This document shows, piece by piece, positions 53,113-64,000 of a stretch of 64,000 nt of DNA. This stretch comes from Glaucostegus cemiculus (taxonomy: Eukaryota): contig CDPCPM010000077.1 of NCBI GenBank assembly GCA_976551045.1, forward strand, positions 3,224,001 through 3,288,000. Reading direction: 5' to 3'. The notes beneath the pieces are model-generated. The model saw only the letters and a program-made list of their open reading frames with translations, ran no database searches and was not told the origin of the DNA. Both the position numbers and the translations under genes were made by a program. Each line of letters begins with the position of its first letter. The first letter of the stretch is position 1.

Positions 53113-54074
53113 TTTATTTCTCTCCATAGATGTTGCCTGACCTGCTGAGTTCCTCCAGCATCTTCTTTGTGCTGCTCCATAGCCTCAGTCAGCCTGTTTC
53201 ATTACTAATCCTCCACAAAACGGGAAGGAGATGGCATCACTGCAAAAAAAAACCTCATGCATTACATCAAGTAACTGGAAGTGATCTATGAGGGTTTTTT
53301 TTTGCAAAGTATTACATAGCTCCCCTAATTTAGTCTTTCTTCATAAGTGAATTGTTGCCTCACGTGGATTGGTTGCTGATTTGAAGCTGTTTGTACTTTT
53401 TGGCATAAGATATGGATTTTTCAAAATTTGCAGCTTTACAAAATGGTGTGTGTCTAAATTGACCTGTATTCTTAAAAGCTTAACAGAGCTTTGTGACTTA
53501 AGTGAGGTCTCTCTGTCTCATCATAAATGATATATAATATTTTCACAATGATGCATATGCAATCAAATAGAAATTTTCATCAATGAATTGAAAGTATAGT
53601 TTTATTTTTCTGATATTTATTTTTTAACACAATGCCAACTTCAGTCCAGGTATGTTTGTAGGATGAGAAATAATCCTAAAGTGTTTCACTCTTGTAATAA
53701 TGAACCATAAGCCAAAGAAGATGTTGGCATGGACAAAAAAAACCAAAGGTTTTTAATAAAGACTAGAAAATGTTAAGAGAGGTGAAAGAGGAGTTTGGGG
53801 AAGGAATTCCAAAGCTTAGATCACTGAATGGATTGAGGACAGCTGTCAAGTCAGTGGACCAACCAAGTGCACAGTTTGGGTTGTGCAAGAAGAGATTTTC
53901 AGGAGGGAGTGGCAAAAAGGATATAAAGGTTCTCAGTGTGGATCCTGGTAGAACCAGGAAACAATAAATGCATAAGAAGAGCCATAGCACGGGATAGGAT
54001 AAAAGCCGCAGATATCTGATGCAGATGAACTGAAAGTTTACAGGGGATGGAAGGTAGAAAACTACTCAGCTGAA

Positions 54075-54233
54075 CAATCTGCTGAAGGAACTCGGCGGGT
54101 TGTGCCGCATCTGTGGGGGGAGGGAAGAATTGTCAACACTTTGGGTCGAAACCCTGCATTACGACCTGCTGACTTCCTCCAGCGACTTTGTTTGTTGCTC
54201 CAGATTCCACCATCTGCAGTCTCTTGTGTCTCC
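54075..54233. mobile_element. Short Penelope-derived fold-back insertion
   Basis: ctgctgaaggaactcggcggg / cctgctgacttcctccagc inverted pair. TSD actactcagctgaa (54061-54074) and actaatcagatgaa (54234-54247). Confidence 0.7.
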
Positions 54234-54694
54234 ACTAATCAGATGAAGATTTGAAGCATGGAAAAAAAAACTCCACGTGTGCTTGAATTATGAAATAAGT
54301 ACAGGAAATGCTGCAAGTATTCAACAGGTCAGGAAGAGTCTATGGAGACAGAAACGGGCACTGACCCCCACAGAATTTGCAAGATCAGGAACTCACCTTG
54401 GTGTTGAGTAGAATACTAAAACTGTAAACAATTTAGTGACTGGAAAGGTGGCTGAGGGCCATGGTCAAGGGTAATAAGTTTGTGGCAGGGTCCAATATAA
54501 TGGTTTCAATTCCATTCTTCACTGAACTTGGAGACCACTGTTGTATGTCAAGTAAGCAATGTAGTCGTGTAGGGATCAACAGAGGAGAATAAAGTTGGGT
54601 TTCATGTGGAGGCTGACCCACTGTACACAAATGAAGTTGTCAAAATGTAGATGAGCAACAAGGGAAAGACTAAGGGGAGTTCCTCAGGAATACA

Positions 54695-54920
54695 ATAGCC
54701 TAGCAGTTAGCGCGACGCTGTTACAGCGCCAGCGATCGGGGTTCGATTCCTGTTGCTGTCTGTAAGGAGTTTCTACGTTCGCCCGTGTCTGGGTTTCCTC
54801 CGGGTGCTCCGGTTTCCTCCCACATTCTGAAAGATGTACGGGTAGGTTAATTTAGGGGTTTAAAATGGGCGGCGTGGACTCGGAGGGCCGAAAGGGCCTG
54901 TTACCAGGCTGTAAAAAAAA
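54695..54920 (+). mobile_element. HE1-type V-SINE, CpG-rich and probably young
   Basis: gttagcgcgacgctgttacagcgccagcgatcggggttcgattcc...gggccgaaagggcctgttacc; very similar to 11238-11470. Confidence 0.88.
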
Positions 54921-57229
54921 ACATGGCAATCTTGCGGCTGAGGCAAGTAGTTACTGTTGCTGGTGTCTAGCTGCAATTGGATGGGTAAGAAAAGCCAGCA
55001 AGAACAGTCATCTCAGTTTGATAGTGAAGGGGGAGAATAATAGAACATTTTCAAGGCTTTAGAGATGCCATGGTCAAAAACAATTCACAGGTAAGGCTGT
55101 TTAGGTGGTGTGGGAGAGAAGAGATTCAAATGGTTGGTCGGACAAAATGGGCACATGTTTGAGAGTTAACAAAGTGTTCAATACCTTTGGAACTGAAAAG
55201 CAGGTTGAGGGGGTGAATTTTGCGAGGGAAGACCTTTTTTATACTGTACTTGAAGAGTAGAATGTGAATTGTCACGGGAGGCAAGAACGTATTTAGGTGG
55301 TCAGTGAAGAAAGCGATTGGGAATAAGAGAGTGGAATCAGGTTGGAGAGGAACTAGAGAGAACCAGTGGCTTAATGGGACAAGTAATGGCTTTGGTTTGG
55401 TTTTGTGAGTAAGGGATGTTTGGAAGATTTGGAACAGCAGATCCATGATTGCCAGCAACAAGTAATAAAGAAGTATGTTAGGTCCTTGCAATTTATGGAA
55501 ATGAGGTTGGCGGAGTCAGGGAAGGAAGACTTTGTAAATAAAGCTGTGGGTTGCATTGGAAGTAGCTTGAGGGTTATTTTTGCTCTCCAAGATGACCCTA
55601 ATTTTTGGCTTTGGCAGCGGAATGTGCACATTGATGAACGTTTATTTGATTTGCCCTCGCCAAGTCTCTAGCCCTTGAATTTGGGAAGTATTATTTCTGG
55701 AGCATGTTCTAATTCTGCATTTTAGTTTTCCTGAAAAAATTACAAGAAAGTTCTTTCTGCAGGTTTGATTTAAATAAAATGTTGACTGGATTTTAAAAGC
55801 CATAGTGTATAGTTGGTACACTAAGTGTTAACTGTGCAGTGTTGCTGCTTTGTGTATGTAAATCGTGGGTGTTGACGTTAAGGCTGACAACGCATCTCAA
55901 TTATCACATGGACAGTAAGCATGATGACTGTGTAATGAGTGTGGTGAGTCACCCTATTTCCATTTCTTGCTTGAGAGGGGTGGGGAATTCCTGTGAGCGT
56001 ATAAATGAGCTTGCTTTAAAGAGCAACTTATTCTAGTCCTGCCTGAACTCTTTTGTCTGCAGTCACTGGAATTTAAGCTCATTTGATATCAACCAGTTCA
56101 GTGCTGCAGTGGACAGAATTGGGATTGACCTTCCAGCATTATTGTTCTGGACTAACACAAGCCAAGTGAGTAAATACTGCTGTGTTATTCAATCCTAAAC
56201 TTGAACACAAAGTTCTCACGAGAGGGAGGTAATGGAGAACACTGGTGCCTCTCGAAATGTGGTGCAACAAGATTCAGCACTTTCTAAAGAAAAGGGAAAG
56301 AAAATTGACAAGAAATTTACAAGTTGATCTTGATGTCCTGCTTGGGTGTTTTTTGGGCATCTTATTCCACCCCTTCCTGAATTATGTTCCTGCATGTGGA
56401 AGTAGAATTTAAAATTTATAAATATGTACTGTTTGCGCATGAGGACCATTATCTTAAGAGTTATATTTGAGATAATAACAGGTCTAAGAGGGAGTGTGTG
56501 CATAGGCAATCTCCTGATTACATTCCTAAACACACTGTTGACAGTTTTCAGTGCAGATTTACTCTTTAAAGAAGGTTGTTGATGTGTTGTGAAATATTTA
56601 GGTATTATTTATATTCATGCGTGGTTCAAAGTGTGGACATATTTTTTTCTAGTTCACTTTTTCTTCTTGGTTACCTTCAGTTATTTTATCAGTTTACCAG
56701 CTGTAGAAATGGCAGCAAGCAGGAAACATATCCCCAGTGACCCACCAAAGCCTCTCTGTAACCAGAAAATGGAAGTCCTTGTTTACTGACTTGAAGATGA
56801 ATGTACAAGTGATTCCCAGTGCTGTGGGTTCATCCCAGATTTGCACTGCATAGTTAATTTCCACAGCACATTATGGCTTCTATCCAATGAACCTCCCCTG
56901 ATGATGGGGTGCATTTGTACAGTCACATGGTTGGAAAACTCGTATTCCAAGCTGTCACTTGCAAACTGCACTTTCAGTCGAGCTGTGGCCAATGTTTCAA
57001 ACTTATTGTTTGCAAAATTATCAAAACAATCTCACGTTGCGAATGATCTGGTTATGTTGCATTGCCATTGTGGTACCTTGTTGTACATACATTGGTTCCC
57101 TTGTTTCCTACATCACAATTTTTCTGAAGTAATTAAATTGGCAGTAAATTGTTTTGGAAAAGGCTGAACTTGTGAACACTGTTTTGTTGAAGGCATGGCT
57201 TTCAATGCTCCAGCCATAACAAGAAGTCA

Positions 57230-57440
57230 GGGACTGAATATTCTGCAGCAAGAGATTCACCTTCTGATTCTCCAAAGCCTTTCCACCATCTGCAAGGAGC
57301 AAATACTATTAAGCAATACTTTCCGCATTTAAGTGAGTGCAGTGCCAACAACTTAAGCACGATAATATTCAGGACAAAGTTGCCTGCTTAATTAGTTACC
57401 CTATTTTACCACAGTAAACAATCACTCCTTCCAACAATAA
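57230..57440 (+). mobile_element. Old non-LTR retrotransposon ORF2 fragment
   Basis: IHLLILQSLSTICK...DNIQDKVACLI-like translation. Confidence 0.55.
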
Positions 57441-58699
57441 GTCCCATGAAAGAAAGAAAATGCAAGTCAATGCTACGGGTCAGGAGTGATGAATGTAACA
57501 TTATTTCCACATCCCAAAGAAAAGTTTATTTTGAACGTTCAGACAAATTTCACTATTCAGACAGCATCTTATTGAATGAGATTTAATAAGATCGTCTGGA
57601 AAATTAAATTGAGGGTAATAGATATCTCTAAATGAATTACAAGGTAGTAATTCATCAGAAGAATTCAGATTATACCATCCATTACTGTCTGCTTAAAGCT
57701 ATACATTGTCTTGTTATAAATTAATATTTCATTGAAGATAAACTTACAATGAGTAGCATGAGGGGTGTATTTCCTTTCTGTAACGAAAAAAATGGTATCA
57801 TAAAACAAGGAGAGTTGGTGTACTCTTGCAGCCACATTTTATTGCATCAGAGACTGGAGATGTATAATTTGTATAAAACAGTGATGCACAACATCTGGTC
57901 TGCAGGACAGATTCAACCCATGGGAGGTTTCCACAGCTAGCCTCAGTGAGTGGTGAGCCGCTTGTGCTGCTGCTTTTTTTTGCATGTCTTTACCTGCACT
58001 GGCAACTTGGCCTCTGAAGTAGCTCCTAACTGCGGAGGCTCTGTGGAGCACAGTGCTTTCCTGCAGTAAATCAGAAGCCCTGCCCGCAGTAATGGTTTTG
58101 CTGCTGGTTAAGAATGTCTCCAGACATCCAAATGTCAAAGGCTTGGAATGTGAAACATTTAATAATAATCAAAAACAGTTTTTGAAAATAATTTTTAAAA
58201 ACTTAATTATTAAGCATTTAAAAACACTAAAGAAAATTTTAACAAACTTATTAACGAACACATTAAAAGTTAACTCAGTTTGGACACGTAAACTATGAGA
58301 AACTTGCCTTATCTTTTGGCCTTACTCCATTGAAATAAGTGGAGTCTCTGAGCCTGCACTGTGTCTAACCTGGTGCAGGTTCAGTGTGCTGATTTCCCAG
58401 CTTGAGTGTTGGGAAGTGCAGGTGTCAGCAGTGTCCGTGAGGAAGTCATTGTTGAGGTTCAGTCAGAGTGACAATATAAAGGTGCTTACAGAAAGCTGGG
58501 ACTTTCATTTAAGTGGTCCTCAAAATTGATAAGATTGTAAGTCTGGCCCACCATCCCCAAAAAGGAAATATCTGGCACCGAACTAAAGGATCTAGGCAGA
58601 TTTGAGACAAGGTGAAGAATTATTTCAAATTGACTTTTGGAACTAGACTCTTGAACAGATTTCTCATGTGCTAAAAGATGAAATCATGATCTCCCAATC

Positions 58700-58887
58700 T
58701 ATCTCATTGTAGCCCTTACACTTCGTCTATCTCTCTGCACTTTCTCTGTAACACTATATTCTGTATTCTGTGTTTGTTTTTACTACCCCGATGTACTTGT
58801 CTATGAAATTATCTATCTGGATAGCATGCAGACAAAAGCTTTTCACAGTATTTCAGTATATGTGACAATAATATACCAATACCAAAT
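58700..58887 (+). mobile_element. Rex1-like LINE 3' UTR
   Basis: aaaagcttttcacagtatttcagtatatgtgacaataa followed by a (ataccа)-type short tandem tail ataccaatacca. Confidence 0.55.
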
Positions 58888-59532
58888 GAGCATCTTGGCT
58901 GATGATGGAAGTCATATTCCATGATGCAAAACTAAACATGCCTTTGCACTATTCAAGTTGAGGAGTGTTATTATTAGAGAATGATATGGCATTTGGTTAT
59001 CAGTATTTAGCACTTTGGGCTGGGTACAAATGTCACATGCATAGTGCAGCATTGGTTACTTGTACAATATAGTACAACTTCAACTTCATAAGAGCATTCT
59101 CTGTTGGATCAATGTTTGGCCAGTGCTCACTTTAGAAACCTTAGAACAACATTGGGAAACATCTGAATATGGATAACTGTATGGACATTGACAATTTTTA
59201 TTGTTGAGGAAATCCTAAATTGTTTCACTTGGGTTCACTGGACACACTGAACAAAAGTCTGATCAAAGAGGGAGGTTTTAAGGAGTATTTTGAAGGAGGA
59301 AAGAGAAGTAGAGAGTATTATAGGGGAGTTCCAGCATTTATAGTTGTGGCAGCTGGAGGCAGGTGTGCCGTTGGTGGAGGATAATCAATAAGGTAGAGTT
59401 TGGGGAAGTGGATGTATTTGTGACATTCACAGAGCTGAAAGATGGGAAGTGGTAAGGCCACTGAAGAGAATTGAAAGCAAGGGTGGTAAAGTGGCATTGC
59501 TGAACTGGGAGCCCATGTAACCGAAGGGGAGA

Positions 59533-59678
59533 GTCCAAAAATTCTGCAGATGCTGAAATTTTGAGCAATACACAAAGTGCTGGAGGAATCAGCAGGTCAG
59601 GCATACGTGGATACATACATAGGTTTCCATAGATGCTGCCTGACCTGCTGAGTTCCTCCAGCACTTTTTGTGTATTGA
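59533..59678. mobile_element. Short Penelope-derived fold-back insertion
   Basis: caatacacaaagtgctggaggaatcagcaggtcaggca / tgcctgacctgctgagttcctccagcactttttgtgtattg. TSD aaccgaaggggaga (59519-59532) and aaccaaaagggaga (59679-59692). Confidence 0.8.
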
Positions 59679-60180
59679 AACCAAAAGGGAGATGGTTAGA
59701 TGGGTCTTGATTCAGATTAGAATAATGAGCAACAAAGGCTTGGATTTGGAGATTAGGATGAGGAATGCTATCTAGAGTACATTAGAACAGGCAAATTTAG
59801 AGATAATGGAGGTGTGACTGAGCGTTCTGAAACACAGGAGCTGAAGAATTGGAAATCAATGTTACAAAGGTAGGAATGAGTTTATTAGTCATTGAGCAAG
59901 TATGTGGTCCATAGCACAACTTGAGGACAAGCATGAAACCAAATTTCTGAAAAGCCAAGGAGTAGTATAGAGTCAATGGCTGGAGATGGTGTTATCAATG
60001 GTTTATTTAGTTGAAAGGAATATCTTCTTGTTTGTCACTGGATGTCATGATTTAGAGACAGGGGAGGAGGTCAAAAGAAGTGGCAGCATGGTGGGTGTCA
60101 CCAATTTACCTGTGGAAACTGATGCTTTGTTTCTGGACGATGAAGCTGAGATGGGATGCAAGGATTCATCTTTGGAGGAC

Positions 60181-60672
60181 ATCAGAATCAGATTTATTGT
60201 CACTGACTTAGATGATGTGATATGTGTTGTTTTGCTGCAGCAATACAGCGCAGAGACAAAATTACCATAAATTACAAATATAAATAGTGCAAAAAAAAGT
60301 AACGAAGTAGTGTTCATGGACCATTCATAAATCTGATGGCAGAGGAGAAGAAGCTGTTTCTGAATTGTTGAGTGTGGGTCTTCAGGCTCCTGTACCACCT
60401 CCCTGATGGTAGTAATGAAAAGAGGGCATGTCCCGGATGGTGACGGTCCTGAATGATAGATGTTGCTGCCTTGAGGCACCGCCTTGGAGATGTCCTCCAT
60501 GGTGGGGAGGGTTGTGCCGCGATGGAGCTAGCTGAGTCTCTTGCGATCCTGTGCATTGGAGCCTCCGTACCAGGCTGTAATGCAACCAGTCAGAATGCTC
60601 TCCACCGTACAGCTGTAGAAATTTGTAAGAGCCTTTAGTGACATACCGAATCTCCTCAAACTCCTAATGAAG
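60181..60672 (-). mobile_element. Rex1/Babar LINE 3' fragment
   Basis: RSLRRFGMS...NFYSCTVESILTGCITAWYG and HHPGHALFSLLPSGRWYRSLKTHTQQFRNSFF; tail gtgacaataaa(tctgat)n. Confidence 0.9.
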
Positions 60673-61690
60673 AGGTAACTGTGGGAGTGAGAAAAGAAGC
60701 CATTAAAGATAAGTCTACTGCAACTACTGAATAGGTAAGAAACCAGGTGAGTGCAGCTCCACTCAGTTGGATTATTTAGAAAGGAACTGGAGGCAAGTGA
60801 TGTGTTCAACCATTCAAAGGCTGCCAACAGGTCAAGATGGATAAGGAGTGATAAGCTATTAACTTTGTCATAATCACATAGGATGTCATTAGTGACTGAT
60901 AAGACTGGTTTCGGTACCAAAGTAGGGCCTGAAACCTGATTCAATGAATTTAGACAAGGGGCCTTCGAAAGACCCGAACAAATTTAAGAAGCTATAATAT
61001 GTTCAAGGCCATGCAGGAGAAAAGCGAGGTTTGAAGTTGTGTGGCTTGCAAGTCTACCAGTCGCAAGGTACAAGCAATGCACGTGATCCATTTGTGCCAT
61101 CAGGAATTAATTCAAATTCAAGAGATCTAATGTATTCACAGTTCTAAAATGGGTGGCTTAAAACCATTTGTTTCTTAAATTTCAACTGTTGCAATAACTG
61201 GAGCATTTTCAAAATAATTAATGGGCAAAGGCAAGTTTGAGAATGCTGTTCAGAATAACGAGAAGTAAATCTATTTGAATAAATAGAATTAAGAATATTA
61301 ATCCTTCTTATTCAAAAGAGAATTTGAATAAATAAAACCGAAAAGGTTAAACTCTATCTACAGTGTGATTATTGTTTCAGTATGAATGCAGGGTGGGGTC
61401 AGTCTGAAACACAAATACACCTGTGTAAATTCACCAACTAAAATAAACCATGTTTTCCTGGATTTATGTACTCATCACTGCTTGAAAAAAGATATTGCTA
61501 TTGTGGAGCTGCTGTGTTAGCAATGCTTGACCTCATGGAAGCATTGGCAGTGGGCATTTGGAGCTTGGAGTCTGCCTTAAGTGGATGTGGTTTGGAGCTA
61601 AGGAAGCAAACCCTCCATTATAATCTGTATTAGGAAGAAGGCTTTCCTAATTCCTGAACTGAATTTATTTACCCTTTTTTCTTTTGTCAG

Positions 61691-61692
61691 TG
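61691..61692 (+). other. Candidate 2-nt microexon or abutting acceptor/donor pair
   Basis: tttatttacccttttttcttttgtcAG|TG|GTAAGT with upstream CTAAT and CTGAA branch-like motifs. Confidence 0.3.
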
Positions 61693-64000
61693 GTAAGTCC
61701 AAACAGCCTTCCAGGATCTCTTGCTGGTAGAAGTTCTTTGTATTGGGGAAGCACATTACACAGCCAAGCCCACCACTTGTCCTTTTCTAAATTCCAGTCA
61801 GCACAGTTGTGACCAAAAGGATAGTGATCGGGAGGGGGAAGGGGGGGAATTCCTGACTGATTGTACTTTTTGTAAACAACATTGTACTTTTTCTATTAAT
61901 ACAATTGCCAGTAATTCCTCACCTGGTACCTCAGTTTAGGTTAGCTGACAGCTTCACAGAGTGATCCAGAGCCCAAATCGTCATTTGTGTTTCTTGTGTG
62001 GTGAGCAATTTAAAAGTAGGTTGAAATTCTTGAGGTTTTTTTTTCTTTTCAGCATTTTTGACCTCTCCAGGTTTTTAAAAAAAATAATTGACTGCTACCG
62101 AGGTATGATTTCACAACAGTAAATTATCCTACAGTTCTTGCTACATTAGCACAATGGTATTGGTACCGCTGTGTTAAAGGCATAGTATCAATGTACATTT
62201 TTGTTGTCATGTCCATCTCTGTAAGCATTGATTGCTATTTAACAGAGAGAGTGTCTAATACTGCTGTCATCTTCACTCAGAATTTACAGATGCACATTTT
62301 CAGGAGGTTTACCAAAATACAGTGGCAAGAGGTGAACTTTCCTTACACTCGTCAGGCTTGCTGTAAGGTCAGTCACAGGTCCCAAGACTTGTGGAAGGAC
62401 TATTTAGGGTTTTTGTGAAGCATGCCTGAATTTTATTCTAAATTGTGTTTGCTTGACAAATAGAAACTGGTTTATCTTAGGGACCCAGGAGTTTTCCTGA
62501 ATTTGCCAACATCTTTTAGAATAAACAGTGAAAATTTAAATAAAATCTATCACCTTTATTCAGAACACTGCAGCCCAATCCCTCGTGTATACTGGAGTAG
62601 CTGATTTTAGTCAGGGTGATCTTTGAGGCACAGCAGCTGGGCTCATTCGAAAAATGGAGCCAACTGGAAAGAGGAAAGCAGATACTTTTTTAATTTTAAG
62701 GAAACAGTTTCCCAGTTTTAAGTTCATTCGGGAATTACGTTACAATCTTTTCTCACTGAAGCTGTCAGAGAGTGATTATATCCACAGTTAAGGTCACATA
62801 CACATAGGGAATCCATGCCTCTTAAGGTATTTAGGGGATCCAGGAAGCGCAGCTTGTTTATGAAACCACACTGATTTTATTTTATGTGTGTCAGTCAATA
62901 TAACAATGATTTATTCATAGATATTTTCACAGATTTATAAAATCAATTTTTCTTTCTTAATAAGTTAAATGTCAAGATCGTCTGGACAATGGGCGCCCTC
63001 CCACCTGCTGCTTTTACCTCGGGCATCTGCTTCAGAGAATAATAGAACCTGTGATAGATGGTGCTTTCCAATTGTCAATAATGGAGGAAGGAATCTGGTG
63101 TTTATCCAAGAAGATTAAAGCTCTGAGCATATTCTTGACGAAAATAAATGCTAGGAAATTGCTCCGTTTGCCTGGAATCAACAAATCTACAATTCTAAGT
63201 ATGTGCCTTCAAGGTGCTTGAGAATTGTTTTGGCTGATGTGCCAGGTTGTTAAATGCCAGCCCAACAGCACTACTGTATTAGGATTAAAATGTGTATCGA
63301 TCAGTTATCATTGACAGGAAATACTTCCTTCACTGACCGCACACCGTAGGTTGTCTCAGATTTTGCATTTGAAATAAAGGCAAAAGTGTTGGCATCCACC
63401 ACTGTGAACCTGACTGCAGCTTCTGAAAGCTGCACATGGGTACTCAAGTGCAGAGAGGCAGATGTTGCTGTTGGCGTTTCCCTGCTCCTCCACAGGGTGG
63501 GCTGTTAGAATGTTTGCAGATGGAACTCTTCCTGAAATCAATGAATTAACGAGAACTTTTTATAAAGACATTATTTCTGCTGTAAAACCATTGGAAACAG
63601 CCGTAGCATGTTCAGCGGATTATGATGACAGCTGAGCACTACTCTGGTCCTGAGAAACCAATTTTATTTCTGGGGTCTAATTACCTTAACGTAAATATTT
63701 CATAATTTCAGGGATTTCAAAATAATTATAGATTTTATAGTCTTTCAGCTTCCATGTCTTGATATTTATTACGTACTCAGTAAACTGTTTGCAAAGTTAG
63801 CTAACTCTGCCCAGCCTATTTGATCACATGACTGTTGCAGACCACCATAGATCCTCTGTGTCAGCCTGAAATTAATGTCAGAAGGGAGAGAAGTTCTATG
63901 CTGCACTGATCCCTGGAGAACTTTCTTCAAAGTCGATGGTAACCATAATCAAAATCCTGATTGATGTAAAAGAGCTGAAGTCTCAAATTTTCTTGGATTC

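Larger units (their letters stand above)
52401..53177. mobile_element. Penelope-like pseudo-LTR fold-back element (two inverted arms, centre near 52800)
   Basis: The arms are reverse complements (tgctggaggacctcaacaggtctggcagtatc / gatgttgcctgacctgctgagttcctccagca). TSD catagtttcagtca (52387-52400) and catagcctcagtca (53178-53191). Each arm has a hammerhead motif. Confidence 0.8.
53640..55620 (-). mobile_element. Highly decayed L2 LINE carrying nested insertions
   Basis: Purine-rich plus strand; gagtttggggaaggaattccaaagctt reads LWNSFP on the minus strand. Resembles the 59.2-61.0 kb copy. Confidence 0.55.
59200..61040 (-). mobile_element. Decayed L2 LINE with nested Penelope and Rex1 insertions
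   Basis: ORF 60528-60944 contains VTNDILCDYDKVNSLSLLIHLDLLAAFE, matching the L2 RT LLDLSAAFD motif. 3' region gaggttttaaggagtattttgaaggagg. Confidence 0.7.

Noticed and set aside
1-64000. Prokaryotic features (CRISPR arrays, operons, IS elements, rRNA) or endogenous viral ORFs
   Set aside because: No regularly spaced repeats and no long ORFs; all recognisable peptides are vertebrate LINE remnants.

Overview
Eukaryotic, gene-poor window, most likely from a cartilaginous fish (shark or ray). That assignment is inferred from the repeats: HER1/CR1 LINE fragments, HE1-type V-SINEs, SacSINE1-like DeuSINEs, and RTE, Rex1, L2 and Penelope-derived elements. It looks like one very long intronic stretch of a + strand host gene that I cannot name. 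Host-gene signals are a well-formed 60-nt exon at 267-326, a CpG-rich promoter-like block at about 5.7-6.3 kb and a few candidate microexons. The six-frame ORFs are either decayed retrotransposon fragments, N-gap artefacts or noise. There is a 322-N assembly gap at 40827-41148. The most interesting signals are: (i) a decayed palindrome of about 1.4 kb (28531-29902) whose apex hairpin contains a 12-nt candidate microexon; (ii) several fold-back Penelope-derived insertions with 10-14 bp target-site duplications (TSDs), some carrying remnants of minimal hammerhead ribozymes; (iii) a 2-nt AG|TG|GTAAGT candidate microexon; (iv) several repeat-free, enhancer-like blocks with palindromes. All alignments were done by eye and repeat boundaries are approximate.
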